Source: an uncultured Pseudomonadota bacterium | GTDB taxonomy: Bacteria > Oederibacteriota > Muellerivitia > Muellerivitales > Muellerivitaceae | Assembly: GCA_963843375.1 (NCBI GenBank) | Contig: CAWJKT010000004.1 | Coordinates: 192,001-256,000 of the forward strand | Direction: 5' to 3' | Length of the DNA stretch: 64,000 nt | Shown here: one piece after another, positions 28,938-38,521 of the stretch | How the letters are laid out: every line of letters begins with the position of its first letter | How positions within the stretch are numbered: the stretch's first letter is position 1 | Notes under the pieces: generated by a model | The model's database searches: none | The model's input: the letters and a program-made list of their open reading frames with translations, nothing else | Told to the model about the DNA's origin: nothing | Translations under genes and position numbers: made by a program

Positions 28938-30125
28938 TTGAGAATCACCTTAAATCGATCACTTGTTTTGGGTTCGATGTTTTTCGCCTCTTTCGGCCCG
29001 GCCTGGGCCCAACAAACAGAAAATGCTCAGAAATATCTGGCCGCTGCTGCCAAAGCCTATCAGGCAGGAGAACTGGAAACGGCCACTCAATATTATCAAG
29101 ACGCCATCAAGCTCGATCCGAAATCCGCCGCCGCTTACCAGGGATTGGGCAGTTGTTATTATCGTCTAAGCCGTGTACCGCAAGCCTTGAAGGCTTTTGA
29201 CCAATCCCTCGCCCTGAAACCGAACAATCCCAAGCTAATCGACTTTGTCCGAGGACTACGTGATGGCGCCGCCCCCTCCACCGAGTTGGCCAGTGAAGGG
29301 GAAAAAGAAGAAATCCAGAAAGATGTGAATGATATTGAAACTGAGATGTTCCGCCCCAATTGGACGGGACAATTGGAATTGAGCCGTTCGAGTCAACCTT
29401 CCCAAACGGGGCAGGGACAGGTCCAGACCGAATTAGATTTAACTGGAACAGATCACCTCACCGAAAGCGGGCATTATTTTTCCGTCGGTGGAGGCGTGGG
29501 GAGGCAAAAGCAGGAAGGGGCTTCCCCCGATTATGGGAAAGCGACATTCGAAGGGGGCTTGGGGTTTGGTATTTTCCTGCCGTCGCTGAATGTCCAAATG
29601 GAACGGGGCCAAACGGCGCTCAATTCCAACACCTTGACGGCGAACCTGAACTTCCAGGTGTTGGAGCCCCTCACCGTAGGGATGAGTTTTAGCGGAACAT
29701 TCGAGAGCCACGACGGTCCCGCTTCCCTGGTCGGCGCTACTGCAGTGACGTTAGCGGATACGACAGTGGAAATTGACAGCCGGGATGGATCGGGAAGCCT
29801 GATGGTTGAATATAATCCCTGGGACTTTCTGGGTTTTACCCTTACGGGCGAGCAAGAATACGACGACACCTACCAAGTCCAAGGCGTGAGACATCTAAAG
29901 ACGGTTGCGCTCAATGAACAAGACCAAATCAACTCACTTAGCTTTATGGTGGATTGGACCTTCTTGAAAGATTTCGAATTGCAGGTGACAGGGCAAACCG
30001 GGGTTGAAAATTTACCCGCAGGGACGGTCTATAGCCCGATCCAGGCGGAAACTATCACGCTTACCCAACCCACCAACGAGCCCTTCAAGGGATATACTTT
30101 CGCGCTCTTATATAACTTTGATTGA
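28938..30125 (+). CDS. TPR-containing outer-membrane beta-barrel protein (start uncertain; ORF open from 28872)
   Basis: Signal ending AWA-Q, TPR motifs (AYQGLGSCYY..LSR..QALKAFDQSL), beta-strand-rich C-terminal half ending LLYNFD. Confidence 0.65.
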   Translation: MRITLNRSLVLGSMFFASFGPAWAQQTENAQKYLAAAAKAYQAGELETATQYYQDAIKLDPKSAAAYQGLGSCYYRLSRVPQALKAFDQSLALKPNNPKLIDFVRGLRDGAAPSTELASEGEKEEIQKDVNDIETEMFRPNWTGQLELSRSSQPSQTGQGQVQTELDLTGTDHLTESGHYFSVGGGVGRQKQEGASPDYGKATFEGGLGFGIFLPSLNVQMERGQTALNSNTLTANLNFQVLEPLTVGMSFSGTFESHDGPASLVGATAVTLADTTVEIDSRDGSGSLMVEYNPWDFLGFTLTGEQEYDDTYQVQGVRHLKTVALNEQDQINSLSFMVDWTFLKDFELQVTGQTGVENLPAGTVYSPIQAETITLTQPTNEPFKGYTFALLYNFD

Positions 30126-30264
30126 GCGCGGGGTCTGTTCCTTTCGAAAAGAGATTTTTGATGGGTTTTTTCTCTGAAAAACGGGGCAAGGGCCTGGGAA
30201 ACATTTAAAGGTCCTGATTCGTCGAAAAAATAAGATGTATTCAACTTTGTTGGAGGGAGCAATT

Positions 30265-30753
30265 ATGAAAAAGTTAGCTTTGCTGTCCATGATGGTGTTG
30301 TTCATGGGGACCGGCTCATTGGCCTTGGCCCAAACGACGGCCCCGGCCGCAGTCGATCATCCCCATCCAAGAATCAAGGAAGTGCACGCCCGTATGCACC
30401 TTCAAATGCAAAGGATCGAAGCGGGGGTCAAGTCCGGAAAACTCACCAAGGATCAGGCCGATGCTTTGATCGCCTCGCTAAAAGCAGTCAAAGAACAAAT
30501 GGAGGCTGATTTTACCACGAACGGCAAAAGGGAACTCACGGATGACCAATTGGCTCAGTTGAACCAAATGCTGGACGCGAATTCCAAGGCCATTTTCGGG
30601 GAGAAACATGATACCGGACCCGCCGCTCCCGCCAGTGGCTCATCTTCAACGGGAACTTCTTCTGATTCTTCCTCTACGGGGAGTTCATCGACGGGATCTT
30701 CCTCAACGGGTTCCTCTTCTACAGGGTCAACCAGTGCGGCGCCAAGCAACTAA
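30265..30753 (+). CDS. Secreted helical protein with Ser-rich (SSSTG)n tail
   Basis: GGAGG RBS, signal ending ALA-Q, RIEAGVKSGKLT..QA..L motif and low-complexity tail. Confidence 0.8.
   Translation: MKKLALLSMMVLFMGTGSLALAQTTAPAAVDHPHPRIKEVHARMHLQMQRIEAGVKSGKLTKDQADALIASLKAVKEQMEADFTTNGKRELTDDQLAQLNQMLDANSKAIFGEKHDTGPAAPASGSSSTGTSSDSSSTGSSSTGSSSTGSSSTGSTSAAPSN
30637..30735 (+). repeat. Coding repeat of SSSTG units
   Basis: GSSSTGTSSDSSSTGSSSTGSSSTGSSSTG; synonymous codons differ between units. Confidence 0.8.
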
Positions 30754-30772
30754 AAGCACGGTTATTTTTGAA

Positions 30773-30812
30773 AAAAAGCCGGGTGGCAATCGAGCCCCCG
30801 GCTTTTTGTTTT
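30773..30812 (+). terminator. Rho-independent terminator (possibly bidirectional)
   Basis: AAAAAGCCGGG...CCCGGCTTTTTGTTTT just downstream of the 30753 stop. Confidence 0.75.
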
Positions 30813-30822
30813 ATACCTTCAT

Positions 30823-33134
30823 GTGGTTTCTTGGATTTATGACAAACCTAACAAAGACAGCAATGCGACACTTTTGACACAAATTTGTCGTCCAAACCTT
30901 GAAGTTTTATCCACTGGTGGGAATATTGTTTCAAATCGATTCGTTCTTAAGGTAGGGCTTATGTTCGTTCCTCTGGGTTTATTCTTTTTTACCCTCTTCT
31001 TCTACCTGCGTACTTTGTGCGCAACCTTTAACATCAACGATTCGGGCGAAACCATTATGGACTGCGATCTTTTGGCTCTGGCTCATTCGCCCGGATATCC
31101 CCTTCATACCCTCCTGGGGAGACTTTTCTGCTTGATGCCTTTAGGCCAGCCCATGTTCCGACTGACTCTTGGTTCGGCTTTAATGGGAGCCTTTTCGGTG
31201 ACAATGATTTACTTTATCCTGCGGAAAACTTTTAAGAATATCGATGGATCTTTTTTTTCCGAAGCGGAGGCAACGAGGTCTTGGATTTGGGAAACCCCGT
31301 CCCTTTTCGGCGCTTTGGTCTTCGCTTTTTCCTATCAGCATTGGTTCCAATCCTGCGGGGCTAAGGGAAGCATCTACACTTTGAATACCCTCTTGGCGGT
31401 GATGACCCTTTTTCTTCTCTTAAAGATGAGGGAATCGGGCTGGTTTATCCGGGGGTTTTGGTTGTCGGCGCTTTTCCTGGGAATGGGTTTATCCGTCCAT
31501 TGGGAAACCCAGGTAGTCCTCCTTCCCGCCTATGCCTGGTTTCTCCTGGAGGCGCAAAAGCGGGTGGCAGTCGGGGAACTTTTTCGCAACCTATTGAGGC
31601 CCTTTGACCTTTGGGACAGGTTTCGCGGGCTCGCCGAACGCTTTTGGGGGTAAGCCCCCGCTGGTCCGGGCCGCCACCTTTTTGCTTATGCCCCTTTCCA
31701 CTTACCTCTACCTGCCTATCCGGGCCCACGGAAATCCCGTTCTGAATTGGTGGAATCCAGGGAGCTTCAGCCGATTCCTGACAGTCATTCTTCGGGGCAA
31801 TTACGCGGGCATTGGTGATCCCCGGTCGCTGGTGACTTTTCACCGGAACTTGGCGCGTTTTTGGCTTCATGCCCATGACCAATACGGCGCCTGGCTTACC
31901 GGGATTCTTTTTCTTTTGGCGGTGGCGGGCTTGGCATGGCTTTACCGGATGCAGAAGGTCCAGGCCATCGGGTTCCTGTTGTTTGGCGGATCAGTCTTCA
32001 CGGGAGTTGTCTTATACAACACGCCAAAGGAAGGTTTTCAATGGACCCTGGATAATTTTTTCACGCCTGTGTTCCTTGCCGGTTCTCTTTTCGCAGGGGC
32101 GGGAGTGGCGGCCATTTGCCGGTGGTTCTCGAGAAAGGAAATGTCCCGACTTAGCCTCCCTCACACTGAGTGCCGCCTGCCTGGGCTTGGCTTTGATGCC
32201 GTTGGCATTGAATTACGGAGCCAACGACCAAAGCGACTATACCGTTTCCTACGATGAGGGGCTAAATATGCTCAAGACCGCCAGCCGTAACGGGGTGATC
32301 CTGTGCAACGGGGATATCGACATTCTTCCTTTATGGTACCTGCAGTTCGTGGAGGGAAAAAGGCCCGAGGTGGCGAGTTTCACCACCATGTTGGTGGGTC
32401 TTCAATGGTACCGCGACGATATTTTCCGCCAGTGGCCCTCCCTCCAGACCGCCCTTCAAGGCGACGGGCCTTCCGATACGGTCGTGGAGGATATGATCCA
32501 GGCCCACGGTTCCCAGCGGCCCTTTTACGTCACCAATATTTTTATCCAGGGTGCGGCCTGGCTTGGGAAGGACCATCTCATGGTTCCCGACGGCCTTTTG
32601 TGGCGTCTGGCCGATACTCAGGGACAAAATTTTGCCTTCAACTCGGCACGGCTCAACCAGCTCTGGTCCAACTATGACCTGCGCAACCTGGGCCCCCCGA
32701 AAGGAAAATACTGGGACGATTACACCGACGTCATGAAGGATTCCTACGGCCAGGCTTGTTCCTTTACCGGCGATGTGGCCATGAGAACCCAAAACCCGCA
32801 ACTGGCCCAATGGAGCTATGAGAAAGCCTTGGAATATCACCAGCCCCAGCAAAGGGGAGTGACCTACCTAAGCCTGGCGGACGCCGAAATGGCGATGAGC
32901 CGCCCCGTTGACGCTGTTTCCCACTATCAGCAGGCCTTTCGTTCCGGTCTCCCCCAGGCCTATGCCCCCTTTGTCTACGCCCGATTGGGGAATGCCTTTC
33001 TGATGGAAAAGGATTTTGTAAATGCGGAGGATGCCTTTCATTTATCCCTGCGGCTCAATCCCCAGCAGAAAGAGGCGTTGGACGGCTTGCGGCAATTGGA
33101 CCAACTCCGGGGAGAATCAAATCCCCGTTCTTGA
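30823..33134 (+). CDS. DUF2723/TMEM260-like GT-C glycosyltransferase with C-terminal TPRs; frameshifts near 31630-31650 and 32140-32160; start uncertain
   Basis: DSGE, AHSPGYPL, YLYLPIRA..NP.LNW.NP and GD.DILPLWYLQ.VEG.RP motifs spread across three consecutive ORFs. Confidence 0.8.
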
Positions 33135-33160
33135 TAGGTATCCGTGGATGGAGGCTGGAG

Positions 33161-33316
33161 ATGTTGGACAAAATGCCGAAGGAAGAACCTCGAAGCGAAT
33201 TAACCACTGAAAATAAGATTTTAATTATTGTTGTTGAACTTGGGTTGCTTTACTTGTTTTTTCAGGTCCTTGTTGGCGTTATTAAAGCTTTGACGAATGG
33301 GGAACTCATTACTTGA
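33161..33316 (+). CDS. Single-TM microprotein, copy 1 (51 aa)
   Basis: MLDKMPKEEPRSELTTENKILIIVVELGLLYLFFQVLVGVIKALTNGELIT*; paralog of the two downstream ORFs. Confidence 0.7.
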   Translation: MLDKMPKEEPRSELTTENKILIIVVELGLLYLFFQVLVGVIKALTNGELIT

Positions 33317-33367
33317 TTTCTTGCCAACATTAGTAGTTTTATATAATCCGATTCAGGGAGATTCTTA

Positions 33368-33532
33368 ATGTTGGATGAAATGCCGACAGAAGAACCCAGA
33401 GGTGAGACAACAACGATCAAAAAGTTTTTCATCATTGTTGTTTTTATTGGAATACTTTACTTGTTTTTTCGTTTTGGCGTCATTGGGGTTATTAAAGCAT
33501 TAGCGGGGGGCAGGGGTTTTGGAGCATCTTAG
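33368..33532 (+). CDS. Single-TM microprotein, copy 2 (54 aa; not in ORF track)
   Basis: MLDEMPTEEPRGETTTIKKFFIIVVFIGILYLFFRFGVIGVIKALAGGRGFGAS*; GGGAG RBS 7 nt upstream. Confidence 0.7.
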   Translation: MLDEMPTEEPRGETTTIKKFFIIVVFIGILYLFFRFGVIGVIKALAGGRGFGAS

Positions 33533-33547
33533 TTATTGAGGCTTGAA

Positions 33548-33688
33548 ATGCTGGATGAAGTGCCCATTGAAGAAAATCCCAAGACCCCTACAAGGTCCAT
33601 CAGGATCCTCGCCTTCATTCTGTTTGCGGGAATAGCCTGTCTCTTCTTTTACCTGGCCTACAAAGCCCTGACCATCGTCCGCTTTTGA
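33548..33688 (+). CDS. Single-TM microprotein, copy 3 (46 aa; not in ORF track)
   Basis: MLDEVPIEENPKTPTRSIRILAFILFAGIACLFFYLAYKALTIVRF*; GAGG RBS. Confidence 0.65.
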   Translation: MLDEVPIEENPKTPTRSIRILAFILFAGIACLFFYLAYKALTIVRF

Positions 33689-33813
33689 TCCATTCTTCCC
33701 AAGAACAACTTCAGGATAAAACTGGAAAACTATTCGGTTTTTGATATAGTCAATCCCGTTCAACACGCCTTCCGACACTTCCAATTCGACATCCCCACAA
33801 CCCAGGAGTTTTC

Positions 33814-34179
33814 ATGCGCAAGTTCGCCAAAACCCATGAGTGGTACGAAGATTTAGGCGCCGGCAAGATTAAGATCGGCATTTCCAAACACGCCGCCCAC
33901 GAACTCTCCGACGTGGTTTTCATTGAACTGCCTGATGTTGGAAAAAAACTTGCCGATAAGCAAAGCCTATGCGTCCTGGAATCGGTGAAGGCCGTGGCTG
34001 ACGCTTATTCCCCCGCTGGAACGGTAGTGGAAGTGAACACCAAACTGAAAGATCAAGCGGGACTCGTGAACCAAGACCCGGAAGGGGCGGGCTGGATCGC
34101 CATCGTGCAGTTGGACAATCCTAAAGCCCTGGATGAGTATTTAACCGAAGAACAATATCTCGCCACGCTCTCTCATTAA
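33814..34179 (+). CDS. gcvH: Glycine cleavage system H protein
   Basis: THEW, L.DVVFIELP, lipoyl-Lys motif LESVKAV and VNQDPEG.GWI. Confidence 0.95.
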   Translation: MRKFAKTHEWYEDLGAGKIKIGISKHAAHELSDVVFIELPDVGKKLADKQSLCVLESVKAVADAYSPAGTVVEVNTKLKDQAGLVNQDPEGAGWIAIVQLDNPKALDEYLTEEQYLATLSH

Positions 34180-34191
34180 ACGGAGTTTTTT

Positions 34192-36918
34192 TTGGCCTAT
34201 ATTCCTATAACCCCTGAAGACGAAAAAGAAATGCTAAAGGTCATCGGCGTGAAAGCGCTGGACGACCTTTTTGCCGATGTATCCCCTTCCCAGATCCTCA
34301 AGAATGGTCTGAATCTTCCCCACGGACTTACCGAACCCGAGCTCAAACGCTTCTTTAATATGATCGGCAAAAACAACCAGCCGGTTTCCGACCGTCCCTG
34401 CTTTTTGGGCGCGGGGCTTTACTACCACGAGGTGCCGGCAGCGGTGAAGGCCGTGGTAACCCGACCCGAATTCCTTACCTCTTACACCCCTTATCAGCCG
34501 GAAATTGCGCAGGGAACCCTTCAAGTGTTATTCGACTTCCAAACTTACATGGTGGAACTGACGGGGTTGGAAGTTTCCAACGCCTCCCTTTACGACGGGG
34601 CTTCCGCCGTAGCTGAGGCCACTCTCCTGGCCCTTCGCATCAAAAAGGCGGAATCCTTTGTTTATGTGTCCCAAGCGGTCCATCCCGAATACCGCCAGAC
34701 TATCCAGACTTACCTGAATCCACTCGGCCATAAGATCCGGGAAATCGGGTTGAAGGGAACCGAAACCGATATTGAACAACTTAAAACCGAACTTTGGCCC
34801 AATTCGGTCGTCGTGATCCAATATCCCAATTTCTTCGGCACCATTGAGGATTTGGCGGCCATTTCCAAAATCTGCAAGGAGAAGAATTCCTATCTGGTGG
34901 TGGCCGTGGCGGAGGCGATGAACCTGGCCCTTTTGCCTACTCCCGCTTCCCTAGGAGCGGACGTCTGCGCCGGAAGCGCCCAATCCTTCGGAAATATTCT
35001 TGAATTCGGCGGGCCCCATGCGGGTTTCCTGACCGCCCGGTTCGACGATATCCGGCAAATGCCGGGCCGCATCGTGGGAGAAACAGTTGACCGAAACGGT
35101 AAAACGGCCTGCGTGCTCACCTTTCAGGCTCGCGAACAGCATATCCGCCGGGAGCGGGCGGCCTCTAACGTTTGCACCACCCAATCCCTGATGGCCAATT
35201 TCGCTTCCGCTTGGCTTTACTTCAAGGGCGGCAAGGGCGCCCAACAGGTTGCCAAAGACGGAGCCGCCACAGCCCATACGCTGGCCACCGAAATCCAAAA
35301 GATACCCGGATTCAAGGTTGAAACGGTCCGTTACGCCAATGAGTTCGTGGTCCGCCCGCCCTCTTCCGGTTTTGCCGATTTCATGGCCGAGTGGGGCTTG
35401 GTGGCCCCCTATGATTTGTCCCATGATTATCCCGAGTTCAAGGATTGTGTGCTGGTCGCTTGCACCGAATTGACGTCGTTGGAAGATATGGAAGCCTTCA
35501 TCTCCGCCTGCGAAGAATTTTCAACCAAAGGACACGCCGGAAAGGTCCACCAAAAGCCCACCGAACTTCCCAAATGGATCAAGCCCCGTATCCCCGCCGC
35601 TATTCAGGAACATCCTGAAGTGGATCTGGTGCGTTATTACACCGACCTGGCCCGCAAAAATTTTTGTATCGACAATGGTTTTTACCCGCTGGGCTCCTGC
35701 ACGATGAAGTACAACCCGAAAGTTCACGAGGAAATCGCCTTCGCCGACGCCTGGGCCAACCTTCATCCCGCCCAGCGCGAGGACGAGGCGCAAGGCGCCT
35801 TGCAGGTAATGTACGATCTGGAACATTGGCTTCAGGAAATCACCGGTTGCCACGCCCTGACGCTCCAGCCCGCCGCCGGGGCGCACGGGGAATTGACGGC
35901 CCTTTTGATGGCCAAGCGCTATTTCGCGGACAGGGGCGAGCACCAGAGGGTCAATGTGATCGTGCCGGACTCGGCTCATGGAACCAACCCGGCCTCCGCC
36001 ACCATGGCTGGCTGGAAGACCGTCTCCGTCCCTACCGATAGCCGGGGCAACATGGATCTGGAGGCCTTGAAGGCCAAACTAGGCAAGGACACGGCGGTTT
36101 TGATGCTGACAAACCCAAGCACGCTCGGGTTGTTCGAGGAGCATATTCTAGAGGTAGCAAAGCTGGTTCATGACGCGGGGGGTCTTCTTTATTACGATGG
36201 CGCGAATATGAACGCTATAGTGGGGATTTGTCGTCCGGCGGATATGGGATTCGACCTGGTGCACCTCAATTTACACAAGACATTTTCCACTCCACACGGC
36301 GGCGGGGGTCCGGGATCGGGGCCGGTGGGTTGTACGAAAACCCTCGAACCCTATTTGCCTGAGCCCAGGGTGGCCAAGGAAGGGAACCGTTATTTCCTGA
36401 AGTTTGGTTCGCCCCAATCGATCGGCCGGATGAAGGGAAATGTTGGCAATTTCGGCGTGCTGTTACGGGCGCTGGCCTATTGCAAGAGGAACGGCAAGGA
36501 AGGTTTGGAAAGAGTGGGCCGCATCGCCACCTTGAACGCCAATTACCTTTTAGCCCGGTTGAAAAATCACTATCCAGTGGCTTACGACCGCATTTGCAAA
36601 CATGAGTTTGTTCTAACCGCGGAGCCTTTGAAGAAGAAGTACGGCATTTCGGCGCTGGACATCGCCAAGCGCATCATCGATTTCAACTACCACCCGCCCA
36701 CCATTTATTTTCCGCTGGTGGTGCCTGAATCCATCATGGTGGAACCCACGGAGACCGAAACCAAGAAAACTTTAGACGAGTTCGTGGACGCGATGCTTAA
36801 GATCCGCACTGAGATGGAAATTAACCCGGACGTTTTTAAGAACGCGCCTTACTCGACGCCCGTCTCCCGGCTGGATGAGGTGAAAGCGGTTAAAGAACCC
36901 AAACTGGTTAAAAAATAA
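34192..36918 (+). CDS. gcvP: Glycine dehydrogenase P protein, GcvPA-GcvPB fusion
   Basis: PA-type N-half (YIP...FLGAG.Y, TSYTPYQPEIAQG, REQHIRRERAASN). PB-type C-half (FYPLGSCTMKYNPK, HLNLHKTFSTPHGGGGPG, IYFPL..PE..MVEPTETE). Confidence 0.95.
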   Translation: MAYIPITPEDEKEMLKVIGVKALDDLFADVSPSQILKNGLNLPHGLTEPELKRFFNMIGKNNQPVSDRPCFLGAGLYYHEVPAAVKAVVTRPEFLTSYTPYQPEIAQGTLQVLFDFQTYMVELTGLEVSNASLYDGASAVAEATLLALRIKKAESFVYVSQAVHPEYRQTIQTYLNPLGHKIREIGLKGTETDIEQLKTELWPNSVVVIQYPNFFGTIEDLAAISKICKEKNSYLVVAVAEAMNLALLPTPASLGADVCAGSAQSFGNILEFGGPHAGFLTARFDDIRQMPGRIVGETVDRNGKTACVLTFQAREQHIRRERAASNVCTTQSLMANFASAWLYFKGGKGAQQVAKDGAATAHTLATEIQKIPGFKVETVRYANEFVVRPPSSGFADFMAEWGLVAPYDLSHDYPEFKDCVLVACTELTSLEDMEAFISACEEFSTKGHAGKVHQKPTELPKWIKPRIPAAIQEHPEVDLVRYYTDLARKNFCIDNGFYPLGSCTMKYNPKVHEEIAFADAWANLHPAQREDEAQGALQVMYDLEHWLQEITGCHALTLQPAAGAHGELTALLMAKRYFADRGEHQRVNVIVPDSAHGTNPASATMAGWKTVSVPTDSRGNMDLEALKAKLGKDTAVLMLTNPSTLGLFEEHILEVAKLVHDAGGLLYYDGANMNAIVGICRPADMGFDLVHLNLHKTFSTPHGGGGPGSGPVGCTKTLEPYLPEPRVAKEGNRYFLKFGSPQSIGRMKGNVGNFGVLLRALAYCKRNGKEGLERVGRIATLNANYLLARLKNHYPVAYDRICKHEFVLTAEPLKKKYGISALDIAKRIIDFNYHPPTIYFPLVVPESIMVEPTETETKKTLDEFVDAMLKIRTEMEINPDVFKNAPYSTPVSRLDEVKAVKEPKLVKK

Positions 36919-36985
36919 CCCTCAATTCCCCGGTTCTTGGTTTTTGAGAGGGCTACCTGAGGGGCAACCTCTTGGTCAGCATCTC

Positions 36986-37348
36986 TTAACTTTTCATCAA
37001 GAATTCGTTCCCGTCGGGGTCCTTGAAAGAAGCGAAGGTTCCGAAGGGCATCCGATTCGGGGCCATTCCCATTTCCACCCCTTTATCCTTAAAATCCAGG
37101 AAGGTTTTTTCCACGTTGTCGCATTGGAAGACGAGGGAAGGGTTTTTCTTTTCCCAATCTTTCATGATCGACCGGGGGTAAAGAACAATTCTCGTTTGGA
37201 TTTTTGGAGGGCCCACTTCCAGCCAGTAGAGGCCGTTGCCCATTTCATTTTTGGCCAAGACCTCGAAGCCTACCTTCTTTACCCAGAAGTCCTCGGCTTT
37301 TTGCTGGTCGGTCACATAAACCGCTTGGGTGGCAATGTGTTGGATCAT
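36986..37348 (-). CDS. VOC/glyoxalase family protein
   Basis: VYVTDQQKA.DFW..KVGF and FKDPDGNEF motifs; GGAGG RBS. Confidence 0.9.
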   Translation of the reverse strand: MIQHIATQAVYVTDQQKAEDFWVKKVGFEVLAKNEMGNGLYWLEVGPPKIQTRIVLYPRSIMKDWEKKNPSLVFQCDNVEKTFLDFKDKGVEMGMAPNRMPFGTFASFKDPDGNEFLMKS

Positions 37349-37409
37349 TGCAGGCCTCCGTGTTTTTTAAAAGATACTTTCTTTTTTAACAGGAACCCGG
37401 CTGGACAGC

Positions 37410-38345
37410 TCAGGCCGACAGGGTGCCTTCGGCCAATTCCTCCATTTCGTTTTCCAATTGAATGCGGGCCATCTCCAGTTTTTTCTTGCGCTCCGACGTG
37501 ATTCTGGGGAATTCCAGACCCAGGGAAGTGATAGTTCCAGTCAGGATATCCGCCACCAGGGTACGAGAGGCCCATTTGTGATTGGAGGGTATCACGTACC
37601 AGGGCGCCCATTCAGTGGAGGTGGCGGCCAGGGCATCCTCGTAGGCCTTCATATAATCGTCCCAATAGGCCCGCTCGGGCAGGTCCGAATCCGAGAACTT
37701 CCAGTGCTTGGCAGGGTTGTTCAGCCTTTCCAAGAGGCGTTTGCGCTGTTCCTCTTTGGACATGTGCAGGTAGAACTTCAGCACAATGATGCCGTTTCGG
37801 GTGAGGTGCTTCTCAAAGTGGTTGATGTCGCTGTAACGGTGCCGCCAGATATTTTCGCCCTTCACCCCGGGCGGCAGTTTTTGGTTTTCCAGATATTCGG
37901 GATGCACCTTCACCACCAGGACGTCCTCATAATAGGAACGATTGAAGATGCCGATGCGTCCGCGCTGAGGTACGTTTTTCATGTAGCGCCAAAGGAAATT
38001 ATGGTCAAGCTCGTCGGGCGTGGGTTTCTTGAAATTGTGCACCTGGCAGGCTTGCGGGTTGAGGCCCGACATGACGTGTCGGATAATACCGTCTTTTCCC
38101 GCCGCGTCCATGGCTTGCAGAATAACCAGGATGCCGAATGTGTCCGAAGCCCACAAAAGGTTCTGCGCCTCGGCCAGGTTTTCCAGGTTGCGCTTGAGGA
38201 TTTTCTTGGCCAGCTTCATGACCCTTTCCTCGCCGAACTTGTCCAAGAGGTCCTTATGGGAGGCCCAACCTGGATCCAGGTCCTTGAAGTAAACGGGCTT
38301 GCCGGGCTTGACGACGAACTTGTTCAGAAAACTTTTCTGCATCAT
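37410..38345 (-). CDS. ppk2: Polyphosphate kinase 2 family (class III-like)
   Basis: LQAMDAAGKDG, FKKP..DELDHNFLWR, IFNRSYYEDVL and WKFSDSD.PER motifs. Confidence 0.93.
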   Translation of the reverse strand: MMQKSFLNKFVVKPGKPVYFKDLDPGWASHKDLLDKFGEERVMKLAKKILKRNLENLAEAQNLLWASDTFGILVILQAMDAAGKDGIIRHVMSGLNPQACQVHNFKKPTPDELDHNFLWRYMKNVPQRGRIGIFNRSYYEDVLVVKVHPEYLENQKLPPGVKGENIWRHRYSDINHFEKHLTRNGIIVLKFYLHMSKEEQRKRLLERLNNPAKHWKFSDSDLPERAYWDDYMKAYEDALAATSTEWAPWYVIPSNHKWASRTLVADILTGTITSLGLEFPRITSERKKKLEMARIQLENEMEELAEGTLSA

Positions 38346-38386
38346 GGAGTTTCTCCTCGGGAGATTCAGTTGAAGGCGGACTATTA

Positions 38387-38402
38387 TGCAAAGGACCTGC
38401 CA
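38387..38402 (-). promoter_or_regulatory. Putative sigma54 promoter for ppk2-VOC
   Basis: Minus strand reads TGGCAGGTCCTTTGCA, close to the TGGCAC-N5-TTGCA consensus, 41 nt upstream of the ppk2 start. Confidence 0.65.
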
Positions 38403-38521
38403 TCAGGTGTCCAGGGTCCCCTGATTTTAACCTAAATGTAACAAGCGCCCCTATTCAAGCATTTTTACTTACAAATCCTTCGTTTTTCCACAGTCAAGGG
38501 GAGCCGAACCCGTTAAAATCG

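Noticed and set aside
33161..33688. CRISPR-like or DNA tandem repeat array
   Set aside because: Similarity is at protein level with diverged DNA; there are no identical repeats with unique spacers and no cas genes.
33689..33813. Glycine riboswitch upstream of gcvH (also checked before gcvT)
   Set aside because: The conserved GGAGA/CCGAAG/CTCAGG aptamer elements are not present in order, and the gcvT leader is under 80 nt.
37458..38435. 325-aa plus-strand ORF
   Set aside because: Antisense shadow of ppk2, which carries all family motifs.
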